DNA from: Tubulanus polymorphus
Taxonomy: Eukaryota > Animalia > Nemertea
Length of the DNA stretch: 64,000 bases
Assembly (NCBI RefSeq): GCF_964204645.1
Contig: NC_134028.1
Coordinates: 17,863,653 to 17,927,652 of the forward strand
Direction of reading: 5' to 3'
Part shown: positions 27,041 to 37,726 of the stretch, piece after piece
Numbering within the stretch: position 1 is the first letter of the stretch
Layout of the letters: every line of letters begins with the position of its first letter
Program-made: the position numbers and the translations under genes
The notes under the pieces: model-generated
Databases searched by the model: none
The model's input: the letters and a program-made list of their open reading frames with translations, nothing else
What the model was told of the DNA's origin: nothing

Positions 27041-27466
27041 ATGGATGATAATATTGATATTATTCCTCATGATATAAATAAAACTAAATCAAAAACATAT
27101 TTAGAAAAACAAATATTAGAATTTGAAAATGATTTAAAAGTTAAAAAGAAAAAATATTTAAAAAGTAAAATTATATATTATTTTATTATCAGTGGTTCGG
27201 TTACAATTAGTTCTGTAATAACATTTCTAGCAATATTCAGTCCATTAAAACCTTGAGCTATATCAATTGGTGTATTAGGATTAAGTTCAAGTGTTTTAAC
27301 TGGTATAAGTTCAAAATTAAATATAAAAAGTAATAAAGAAAAAATTATAACTAATATAAAAGAAATTAATAAATTAAAGAATACACTAGATTATATAATA
27401 AGTTTAAATGGTCATATAACAGTTGAAGAACAAGATAAATTATTAAAAGAATTAATAAATTATTAA
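27041..27466 (+). pseudogene. Two-TM small viral membrane protein (one internal stop)
   Basis: TAAATG start; hydrophobic hairpin IIYYFIISGSVTISSVITFLAIF..AISIGVLGLSSSVLTGI; TGA at 27254 is TTA in copy 2. Confidence 0.8.
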
Positions 27467-27482
27467 TTTTTTAATCATATAA

Positions 27483-28865
27483 ATGGCAGATAGTTTTCCA
27501 AAAACTTTCCAATATAATAAATCAATTAAATATAATATTCCAGCAATAGATTTTAATAAAGATATTACATATAGAAGTTTTAAATTCATTAATTGATTTA
27601 TATATTTATGTTACTGAAAGTAATAATTTTCATGTAAAGATGGAAAATATATTTCATGTATATTTAATTAATTTTAAAAAATTGAAAGATGAAAAACAAT
27701 GGTTATTAAAATCTAATATGAAGTATTGGGAGAACCAATTAAATTTTGCTGTTTATTGTGCAACAACAGGTTGTGGAATTAGTTGGAATGATCATTTGAA
27801 TAATTCTAAATATAAATTAATTCAAAGTTTATTTAGATTTCATACATACTTTTAAATCAGAATAATATTAAATGAATTAGAGTGCGCTTTACCAGGATCT
27901 AGATATTTTAAAGAATTAGATAATAATATTAATTTATCAAAGTTTTATAAAATTTGCAATGAATTTGATATAGATATAAATAATTCTGATTTTAGAACAA
28001 AATTGGAACAATAAGATCACTTCCTTGCCCTAAAAAGATTGCAGAATATTGTGCACTTCCCATACCATCTAATAGTTTTTATAATATCTATAATAATAAA
28101 TTAGGTTATGGTAAAATAGAAACCAAGGATTTAGGAACATTAAATTTCAATAAATTACCGAAATTTTATGATCATTTAAAACAACAAAACAATAATGGTT
28201 GGGTTTATTTTATTTTAGAAAATAGTGAAGGTTTTACTAAATCAGGTATAGAAAGAATAAATCAATCTATTAGAACTTATTTGATATGTATTTTAAGTGC
28301 GCAAGTTGAAACAAGATCCCCAATAATTGGAAATTTAAATACATCATTTGATACACAGAAACAATTCAAAGTATTATTTGAAGATTCCATTCATAATGAT
28401 AAAAATAGATCGATTCCGGAAAACATTGTAAGATATCAAAATAATTTAGATAAATCACATATTAGACAAAATTATTGTATAGGCCCTAATCTATTAATTA
28501 TTTCTAATGATTTAGTATTAAAGATGGGAAATATAATTGGTTATAATAATCTAATTAAAACTGCAACAATAAATAATTCATTTGGATTAAATGATATAAA
28601 TAAAAAGATTATTACTGCTCCAAAATTAATGGAAGGTGAAAAAAATAAAAAACATATTCAATCAACAGAAACTAAAACTAAGAATATTAAATTGGATAAT
28701 GATTCCAAAATAAAAGATTACAATACATCAGAAAATATTAGAACTGATAATATTCAACATGATATGTTTAAACTAAATGATGATAATAAATCCCATGAAA
28801 ATACTAAATTAGCTATAACTTGTATAGGAATTGTAATCGGAGGAATATTATATTTTAAATTTTAA
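27483..28865 (+). pseudogene. Conserved hypothetical viral protein with C-terminal TM anchor
   Basis: TAAATG start, broken ORFs containing NMKYWENQLNFAVYCATTGCGISW and CILSAQVETRSPIIG; homologue at ~50565-51878. Confidence 0.75.
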
Positions 28866-28881
28866 TCTTTTTATTATGTAA

Positions 28882-30348
28882 ATGGATGTAGAAGGTGGAG
28901 AAGATATTCCATTGGGTGACATGGGAAATAATAATGAAGGATATATTGATGATGATTATAATGATGCAGGTGCTAATCTTAATGAAACTAATATTGATGA
29001 TGGTAGTGAATCAGCATATAATTCTAATTTAGCAGATAGTGGTTCTAAAGCCCCATCAACTGAGGATTACATTAGAAGAACTAGATCGAGAATAAATCCT
29101 GAAAATGAAAATCAAGGTTTATCAAGACAAGATTTAGAAAATAATGAATTTATATATAATTTCCAACCTGTATTTGAAAGGTCTGGGTATAATATAAATG
29201 ATAGAGGCGCCAGATTTTTAGTAGAAAATTTAAAACTTTTTAAAGGTAAATATTATTATCATTTGGATGGTGATTATTATATTGATATCACTAATCAAAG
29301 GACAAGACTAACTAAAATATTAGCGGAATCAACTTTGAAAAATTTAGAAACATTTAGAATTAAGAGAATAAGTAATAGTAATGAAATAACTGATGTTACA
29401 CAAGAAGAAAGAGATGATAATATACTAGAATTTAGTCAAAGAATTGATGACTTATTAAAAATAATCAATAAAAATTCAGAAACAGAAACAACTTCTGAAC
29501 AGAATATAACTTCCAAAACTTAAATCAAATAAAGTTCCAATTGAAAAACTTTTACCGAATGGATTAATTGATGCAACAGATCAACAATTAGAAGATTTAA
29601 ATAATATATTTTCTGATGAAGCAATTAGAGAAATTAAAAGTATAAGACTTGCATCTGATAAAATTGCGCATGATAAAAGTATAAGAGATTTTAAAATTAG
29701 AACTTTAGAAAAAGAATTAACTGATAAAAATAAAGAAATAGAACAATTAAAGTCTGATTTAGATCATCAAGTAATTGATGAAATAGAATATAGGCAAAAA
29801 GAATTACGTTTAGAAAAAGAAAAAGATGATTTAGAATATAACATAGAATTACAAAAGAAGAAATTAAATTATTGTTAAAATCATATGATTATAATATAAA
29901 TAGATTAAAAGTTATTTTTAAAGATTTGTTGATGAAACCAGATTCTGAAATATCATTGAAAGATAGAATAAAATTGTTATTTAAATTAGAAGGAATAACA
30001 ATTCTTTCAATTCTAACAGCTGTAACTATGTTATTTACAACAATAGGTTTAGCTATATCATATTTACTGAAATCTACTCCTACTCCCAATAAACCAGATA
30101 AACCTCCAGATAATAATTCTATACAAGATAAAGTTAAAGATGGTTTAAAGAAATTAGCAAAATATTTATGGGAACTATCTAAAATATCTGCTGCAGCATT
30201 GCCACGAGTTAGTGCATCAATTGTTGGTTTTATATTGAAATCTGCAGGAAACATTATTAACTTTGCTGCTGAACATATTATTTTATTTTTAATTACAGTT
30301 GTATGTGCAATTATTTTTGGTTTAGTAAACATGATAAGAAATAAATAA
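28882..30348 (+). pseudogene. Coiled-coil protein with multi-hydrophobic C-terminus
   Basis: Acidic N-terminus, heptad-rich middle, hydrophobic helices GITILSILTAVTMLFTTIGLAIS and SIVGFILK..HIILFLITVVCAIIFGLV; two apparent 1-bp frameshifts; homologues in copies 2 and 3. Confidence 0.78.
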
Positions 30349-30368
30349 TTAATTTTCTTGTTAAATAA

Positions 30369-31602
30369 ATGAGTGGGAGTTATATCAATCCTTCTAAGAA
30401 TCATAGAATATCTAATGCTATTACAGCAGAAAGATCACATCATATAATTACACATAATCCTTCTAACATTAATCCTGATGAAACTTTATATGTTAGAATT
30501 CCTCGATTAACACAAAATACTTTTTATGTTCCAAATAGTATTTATTTATCAGCCGATATAAAAGTAATCGGTAATATTAATAATTATGTTGTTGATAATG
30601 TTGGAAGATATTTGATTAAAAAATTAACAATAAAGATTGGCCCAGAAACAGTTTTCTCATTATAATTTATTTATGCATTATAAAGATTTATGGTTAACTA
30701 AAGAAAATAGAAATAATATGATATTTCAAGGCATCCAATCAGAAAACCAAAATAAATTAAGATCAGAAACACATAATGCAATAATAACTAATGCTATAGA
30801 TAAATTGATAAAAAGTATATATGGAAGCAAATATAAAATTCCATTAGACTTTGAATTGATAAATAACAATGCACCTTTATACGCATTTCAAGAAGACGTT
30901 ATATTTGAGATAACATTTGCTCCTGTTAATGAAATTGTAATATCTAGCGTTAATAAAGATATGAGTTATAAATTATCGAATATATGTTTAGAATATGATA
31001 CAGTAACTGATGAAAATATTTCAAGTATAATTCAAACTAAATACAATCAAGGATTTTCATTATTATATGATTATATTGATAAATTTAAAACTGTAACTAT
31101 TAATGCAAATGATGAAATTATTAATGAGAATATTAACTTCCCAAGAAGATCTATTAAAGGTATATTAATATTTTTTACCATTGCAACATATACTAATGGC
31201 GCAATAAATGTTGATAATTATTAGAATCCTGAAATAACAAAAGTAGAAATAACTATCGAAGGAATAGCAAATAAAATATTTTTTCAAGGAATGAGAATGA
31301 TTGATCAATGGCCAGAAATTAGAAAACATTTTATGAATGAAAAAGTAAAATCATCTGAAAATTGTAATATTAATCAAATTGATTATTATACCGGTAATAA
31401 ATATGCATTATGGTTAGATTTTAGAACAACAGAGGATAATTCATTACATAGTTCTGGAAAAAAATTACAAAACACTAAAGATGGAATACAATTATTCATG
31501 ACAAAGAATAAAGGAATCAAAAATTTCAAAATGCACATTTATATTATATCTGACGGGCAATTAAATATTGTAAATTCTCAATTAAATAGTGTTATGTATT
31601 AA
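30369..31602 (+). pseudogene. Putative major capsid protein (double jelly-roll, PLV-type)
   Basis: ~410 codons, beta-strand-like pattern (NPSNINPDETLYVRIP..VPNSIYL..KKLTIKIG..YKIPLDF..NICLEYD..FPRRSIKGILIFF..YALWLDFRT); most conserved gene among copies; 7-bp deletion at ~30660 and TAG at 31222 relative to copy 3. Fold assignment is inferred. Confidence 0.72.
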
Positions 31603-31634
31603 AATTTTAACTTTAATAAAAATTTATATAATAA

Positions 31635-32579
31635 ATGGAAGGAGGTAAAGTATATAAACATATTCCATACATCGATACACATGAAAATAATGATGGTTTA
31701 TATTATGTAATACCTTGTAATATAGCTTTGATATTTGATCCTATTTTCAAAATTTATAAAACTAAACTAATAGAAATCGATAATAATAAAAGTGGTGTCG
31801 TTGATAATTTAAGTAATGTAATTGATAATAATGTAATACCTTCTACAACTAATAATGCAATACCTTCTACATCTAATAATGTAATACCTTCTACATCAAA
31901 TAATGTAATACCTTCTACATCTAATAATGCAATACCTTCTACATCTAATAATGTAATACCCTCTACATCTAATAATGTAATACCTTCTACTTCAAATAAT
32001 GAAATAATATTAAATGTTAGTGAAAATAGAAATTATTGTGGATATTGTAAAGGTGAATATTCAAACGTTCCATCAAATTGGAATAAACATATGAATACAA
32101 GGGTACATATTACTAATGTTATAGAACGTGTTGGTTTAAGAGAATTTATAGAACACCCATTTAGATATGTTACAAAATTTGTTTCAAATAAAAAAGTAAA
32201 TGGTAAAGAATTACATGAAGATTTATTATTAGCAACACCTAATAAAGATGAATTAGAGTTAACCGATGCTTATAAAATATTAGGATCAAACACTGTAAAT
32301 GAAATATTAGGAGCAAACACTAATAAAGATAATAATGAAAATGGTACCATACGGCACCCACATGGTGATATAGTTACAGATATTGATAATAAAGATTCTA
32401 TGAAACATAAAGTAGAAAATAATGATAAATTTGATTGGATGAATAAGCATAACAATGAAACAACTATGGATGATGCGGTAAAAAGGGTGAAGAATAAGTA
32501 TGAAAATAAAACAACTATTGATGATGATACGGTAGAGAGTTTGAATAAATTGTTAGGTTCTGATGATGAAAGTGATTAA
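31635..32579 (+). CDS. Hypothetical viral protein with (NNVIPSTS)n repeat and C2H2-type finger
   Basis: Intact 314-aa ORF; seven 24-bp repeats ~31827-32000; CGYC-x12-H-x5-H. Confidence 0.8.
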   Translation: MEGGKVYKHIPYIDTHENNDGLYYVIPCNIALIFDPIFKIYKTKLIEIDNNKSGVVDNLSNVIDNNVIPSTTNNAIPSTSNNVIPSTSNNVIPSTSNNAIPSTSNNVIPSTSNNVIPSTSNNEIILNVSENRNYCGYCKGEYSNVPSNWNKHMNTRVHITNVIERVGLREFIEHPFRYVTKFVSNKKVNGKELHEDLLLATPNKDELELTDAYKILGSNTVNEILGANTNKDNNENGTIRHPHGDIVTDIDNKDSMKHKVENNDKFDWMNKHNNETTMDDAVKRVKNKYENKTTIDDDTVESLNKLLGSDDESD

Positions 32580-32944
32580 GATATTAATTACATTTAACAC
32601 AAATAATAATATTGGTTGAAAATTGTATAAAATAATAGTAAATAAAAAATGGGGTTTTAAGTATTTAAGGTATTTAAGGTATCTAATACATATCTAATAC
32701 AATCTAATACAATCTAATACATAAAATATCTTATTTTATAAACTTATATTCATATGGAAATTGAAACCTCAGTAATAATAAATAACCGTTATTATTTTCA
32801 AACTTATTCATATATTAGTTGAAAAAAATAAAAATTAATTGGTTGAAAATTGTATAAATAATATTTATTTTAAAAAGGGTATTTAAGGTATCTAATAGGG
32901 GTATCTAAGGTATTAGGGTATCTAATACATAGGTATACAAATAG

Positions 32945-33556
32945 TTATTTTATAAATGTATATTCATAGGGAAAATGTAATTTCAGTAATAATTTTGAAC
33001 CTTTATTATTCTTTAATTTATTCATATATTCATCATGTAATTCAGTAGGTATAATTTGATTTTCTTCCAATGATTGTTGCATAGATTTTATATCTTTATT
33101 GTAGAATAAAACTAGAAATCTTATATTCTCCCTAAAGTCTTTAACAATTGAATTATATTTTTGATTTAAAACCCATGTTGTTATCCCAAAATGTCTTCCA
33201 GAGAAAGCTAAATAACATAACTCACTTTCTCTCACTTTTAAATCATGTAAATTTGCGCAATCATCTACAATGAATAATGTATTTGATCCTTTATAAGTAT
33301 CAATTGCTATTTTTATACAATTATCTAAATTTTCTTTTACTGTTTTAGGATTTAATATAATAAACTTTTTTATCTTAACTATATCTCTATTATATGTTTT
33401 ATTCATTTCATAAGTAGGACAGAATAATATTATATTATCAAAATGATTCTTATAAATAGTTTCTAACAAATCTAATATGAAATGTGTTTTACCACAGTTG
33501 GTTACTCCAGTAACTAACATATTATACGGTTCAAATATAAATAAATCTTTATTCAT
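32945..33556 (-). CDS. A32-like/FtsK-HerA genome packaging ATPase
   Basis: Walker A GVTNCGKT, Walker B LFIVDD, SGRHFGIT..NQ..IVKDFREN motifs; intact 203 aa. Confidence 0.93.
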   Translation of the reverse strand: MNKDLFIFEPYNMLVTGVTNCGKTHFILDLLETIYKNHFDNIILFCPTYEMNKTYNRDIVKIKKFIILNPKTVKENLDNCIKIAIDTYKGSNTLFIVDDCANLHDLKVRESELCYLAFSGRHFGITTWVLNQKYNSIVKDFRENIRFLVLFYNKDIKSMQQSLEENQIIPTELHDEYMNKLKNNKGSKLLLKLHFPYEYTFIK

Positions 33557-34639
33557 TTATTCTTTTAATTTTACTAGATAAAATCCATTCATTAAATTTA
33601 TCATCATATCCTTTATATTTCACAAAAGAATACTTTTTTCTTTTAAGAGTTTTTGTTTTCAATACTTTTTCTATTTTGTATTCTATTTCATCTGGATTTG
33701 GTACAAATGATAATTCTTATTCATAGAAATAACCTAATATTTCTTCATCTTTTAAATCTTCTAATTTATAAACAAATGGTTTAGTTAATATTATCTTTTT
33801 AATCTTGAATATTTCTTCTGTAAAATTAGGGGTATAACCTTTATAAAATGTTTTTCTATATTTAGATATTCTAACGTGTTGTCCTATTTTAAATTTAGGT
33901 TCTCCGAAATCATGTGTAACAAATGCGCCATATAAATTATTCCAAACTATTTCTGAATTATCTTCTTTTCTAGCTTGTATAGGTTTCATATTTATAGAAC
34001 TATGTTTAGAATTATTATAACCTTTCACTAAATCATCTAATACATCGATATATTTATATGTTTCATTAGCAGTAAAATATTTCCACATTCTAGTTTTCAA
34101 TGTTTTATTAAATCTTTCTATAATAGATGCTTTTTTATCTGAGTGTGTTGAAAAATAATCTACATCGTTATCAGATAATAGTTTTTTCAAATGTTTGCTA
34201 TAAAATTCCTTACCTTCATCAAATTGTATCTTATCTGGAATAGCTTCTTTAAATATTGATTTAAAAGCATTTGTTACTTCTTTACCAGTTTTATTTTTGA
34301 TTGGAATTGACCATGCGTATCTACTGAATATTTCTATAACATTCAGTATCCAGAAATATCCCTTGTTGTATTCCTCTAAGTTCTTCATGTCAATTAAATC
34401 TGCTTGCCATTGTTGATCGATATATAAAACCATAACTTTTCTTGTTAAATAAGTTTTATCCATTTTCTTGTGGATTTGATATGTTGGTTGATTTGTAACC
34501 ATGATTTCAATTCACTATATTTTATATTACCATTTTCCTTATCAGATTTAATTTTACCCCATAATTCTGTAACGTTAGAATATGATACTTCACTTTCTGG
34601 GTTATAATATAAATCTCTTGAATATTGTTCTTTTTTCAT
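33549..34639 (-). pseudogene. Retroviral-like (RVE) integrase with C-terminal chromo-like domain
   Basis: LYYNP N-terminus, QWQADLIDM, IEIFSRYAW, IQFDEGKEF, KASIIERFNKTLK, YNNSKHSSI; C-terminal YKIEKVL..VKYKGYDDKFNEWI; frameshifts at ~34490 and ~33720. Confidence 0.93.
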
Positions 34640-34645
34640 CTTATT

Positions 34646-35014
34646 TTAATCCATTAATAATAATTTAGATTTAGTTTCAATGGCTTTATGATTTGATTTA
34701 TTTTCTGGTATGATAGGTTTATTGTCATTGGAATCATATTTATCATCAGATTTGAATTTTGATTTATATATTACACCGGATAATATAATAACTGTTACTA
34801 ATCCAATTGTAATATATAATTTATAATTACTTCCAGCATTAGAAGAATCAGATGGATTATTATTTGAATTAATATCAGATAATTTCTGTGATTCATTTAT
34901 ATCAGTTAATTTCTTTTTCTGAGCTTTTTTTAATTCTGAAGATCTTTTACCTAATTCTCTTGCCCATTTAATTTGTTTTTCAGATCTAGCCTTTTTCTTA
35001 ACATCATCACTCAT
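34646..35014 (-). CDS. Small basic viral protein with single TM helix
   Basis: RSEKQIKWARELG..; LYITIGLVTVIILSGVIY; TAAATG start; diverged homologue at ~60040-60405. Confidence 0.75.
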   Translation of the reverse strand: MSDDVKKKARSEKQIKWARELGKRSSELKKAQKKKLTDINESQKLSDINSNNNPSDSSNAGSNYKLYITIGLVTVIILSGVIYKSKFKSDDKYDSNDNKPIIPENKSNHKAIETKSKLLLMD

Positions 35015-35017
35015 TTA

Positions 35018-35400
35018 TTAGGGTTTTCTGTTATTTCACAGAAAACCCTATTGATATCCGCGTGATTATTATTATTATTATTTTCTTCCACACTATTTTT
35101 ACCAAAAGAACATAGGCTTTGTTACCTTACCGCTGTTTCATATACAATCCATATAATATCGTTCAGCTTACTGAGATCTACAAATAGCGGCCGTAAACAT
35201 CGAAAATTTAGCCCCATTCAATGGGGCGACATGTTTTTCGAGTCATCATCCCGAAATCAACCCGCAGGCCGACTGTCACTTCGATTATCAATTCAAGTAT
35301 AAATGAACTAATTTATTGCCGCAGACTTCAAATTCAGTCGCGGTCTTCAAACAGTGATTTTTACAATAGCCCATTTTCCTCATCAAATCATATTACCGAT
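35018..35400 (+). mobile_element. 5' end of a second HINE-like family (extent uncertain)
   Basis: Palindrome tagggttttctg-N8-cagaaaacccta (35019-35050) followed by (att)n microsatellite; abrupt composition change; 3' end not found. Confidence 0.45.
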
Positions 35401-36399
35401 ACACTGGAAATTTACTACTTTAGATTTTAAAAGCACTGTCGAGCCGTAAACATCGACGAATCGACGTGTGTTACTACATCGTCGTTCCGGGGATCAGCTG
35501 CGAGTTTCTCCTCATCATGAGAATCAAATCGAGTACAAATTAATTTATTACTACCAGTGATTTGGCTGCGGGTTTCAAGGAGTTAGTACAACAATTTCTA
35601 TTTTTCTTTACCGAATTAACCGTGCATTTACTAAGATAAATCTTTAGTGTACCGGGGAATCGTAGGCCTAAACTAAACACGCCGAAGAGATATAGCGGAG
35701 AAAAGCTGTTATGTCGACGAGGTATCAAAATAAAAGAATATATTACTTTATTCGGCCGCGGGCTTCAACCTCTATATCAATACCATCAATACTCTATATT
35801 TCTTACAGTACATAGCGATCATTGTCAAATGCACAAGGTGTTTACTAAATACAAGTATATAACACACTCCTATCCGTATGCTGAACTCACACTTGACATT
35901 CGGAGTAAGCGTTCGCTGTGGGGGAAAGGGATCGTTCGCTGTGTCGCTTGAAGTGTTTATCGAGTTTGACGCGGCTTTAGGCCTACCGGTACTGAGCTTT
36001 ACTGTATCAAACAAACACAGTACAATTGTTGCGTTTATTAACGGACTCATTGGATTGAACTTCAAAACAAAATTAATTATTTAAAAAAAAGATATTTAGG
36101 TGGGTTGTTAAATTCAATAGGCCTACGACCAATCTGTCCGGATGTTAGGCCTACGCATATACATAGGCCTACATAGGCTAGTAGCCTCTACTAGGTTAAG
36201 CTTTCGCTGTGGGGGAAAGGAGATCGTTCGCTGTGTCGCTTGAAGTGTTTATCGAGTTTTACCGTAAAACTCGATACGCGACCTTAAGGCTTTAGTATGG
36301 TGGCTGATAAGGGCCATGCGTAAAAAAAATACGTATATGCAAATGAGGGCGACATTATGACAAAACGACAAAACTAAAATAACGCGACAAATCAATAAT

Positions 36400-37290
36400 T
36401 TTGGTTTTAGTCGCCCGCGACAATTCATTATTTTGGTTTTATCGCCCGCGACAATTCATTATTTTGGTTTCATCGCCCGCGACAATTCATTAATTTGGTT
36501 TTGTCACCCGCGACAATTCAAGATTTTGGTTTTTCTGCCACGACAATTCATCTTTTGGATTTGTCGCCCGCGACAATTCAATATTTTGGTTTTATCGCCA
36601 GCGACAATTTATTATTTTGGTTTTATCGCCCGCGACAATTCATTATTTTGGTTTTATCTCCCGCGACAATTCATTAATTTGGTTTTGTCACCCGCGACAA
36701 AACAATATTTTGGTTTTGTCGCCCTCGACAATTCAATATTTTGGTTTTATCGCCCGCGACAATTCATTATTTTGGTTTTATCGCCCGCGACAATTCATTA
36801 TTTTGGTTTTGTCGCACGCGACAATAGCGACAATTCAAGATTTTGGTTTTATCGCCCGCGACAATTCATTTTTTGGATTTTTCGCCCACGACAATCCAAT
36901 ATTTTGGTTTTATCGCCCGCGACAATTCATTATTTTGGTTTTATCGCCCGCGACAATTTTTTTTTCTTTTTGTCGCGGTTTTATCGCCTGCGACACTTCA
37001 ATATTTTGGTTTTATCGCCTGCGACAATTCATTATTTTGGTTTTATCGCCCGCGACAATTCATTAGTTTGGTTTTGTCGCCCGCGACAATTGAATATTTT
37101 GTTTTTGTCGCCCGCGACAATTCATGATTTTGGATTTGTCGCCCGCGACGATTCAATATTTTGGTTTTATCGCCATCGACAATTCATTATTTTGGTTTTA
37201 TCGCCCGCGACAATTCATTATTTTGGTTTTATCGCCCGCGACAATTCATTAATTTGGTTTTGTCACCCGCGACAAAACAATATTTTGGTT
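36400..37290. repeat. 31-bp tandem minisatellite, ~28 copies
   Basis: Consensus ATTTTGGTTTTATCGCCCGCGACAATTCATT head-to-tail with no spacers. Confidence 0.95.
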
Positions 37291-37726
37291 GCATTCAGAA
37301 ATAAACAACAATTTTCACTTAAGTTGTTTTTGTTTTCATTTATGAGCGATAGTTTACTCAGCATACGCTCGCGTAATGCTGAAAAATCCGCTCCGTGGAC
37401 GCTCGGAAACGTTACAGTGACGTCATCACCAGCTCATTAGCATATCAAAATACAGTAGGTGGCGCCACGTGACGGGCCATAAAAGCCGTTTTTCAGCATT
37501 ACGCGAGCGTATGCTAGGTAAACTATCGCTGATAGAAGAAAACACAAACAAATTTCTGCCAGTTCATGATTTATTTCTGAATGCAAATTCCTTACTGAAC
37601 AAATTGATGCATAATATTTACAGATCAACCGATTATTAACGAAATTACGGACCAAAACGTCGCACGAAGAGCATGTGTGACAGACAGTAGGCCTAACCTA
37701 TTCTTGTTGATGAAGTTAGTTCATAT

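Larger units (their letters stand above)
21325..35017 (+). mobile_element. Endogenous Maverick/Polinton-like virus copy 1 (decayed, right end truncated)
   Basis: Abrupt very AT-rich, intronless, gene-dense block with pPolB, putative capsid genes, packaging ATPase and RVE integrase; starts with AGT-initiated hairpin; cut at ~35018 by another repeat. Confidence 0.92.

Noticed and set aside
29889-30404. Antisense ORFs 29889-30404 and 63263-63829 as real genes
   Set aside because: Shadows of the hydrophobic coding strand; no TAAATG start, different extents between copies.
21325-35017. Bacterial/phage or free-virus contamination
   Set aside because: Interleaved with eukaryotic TEs, interrupted by LINE/HINE insertions and carrying inactivating mutations.
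35905-36260. ~60-bp direct duplication (35908-35970, 36200-36260) as LTRs or ncRNA
   Set aside because: No TG..CA ends, PBS or recognisable RNA fold; local duplication.
36400-37290. CRISPR-like array / 335-aa ORF
   Set aside because: Head-to-tail 31-bp units without unique spacers, no cas genes, eukaryotic context; ORFs are repeat artefacts.
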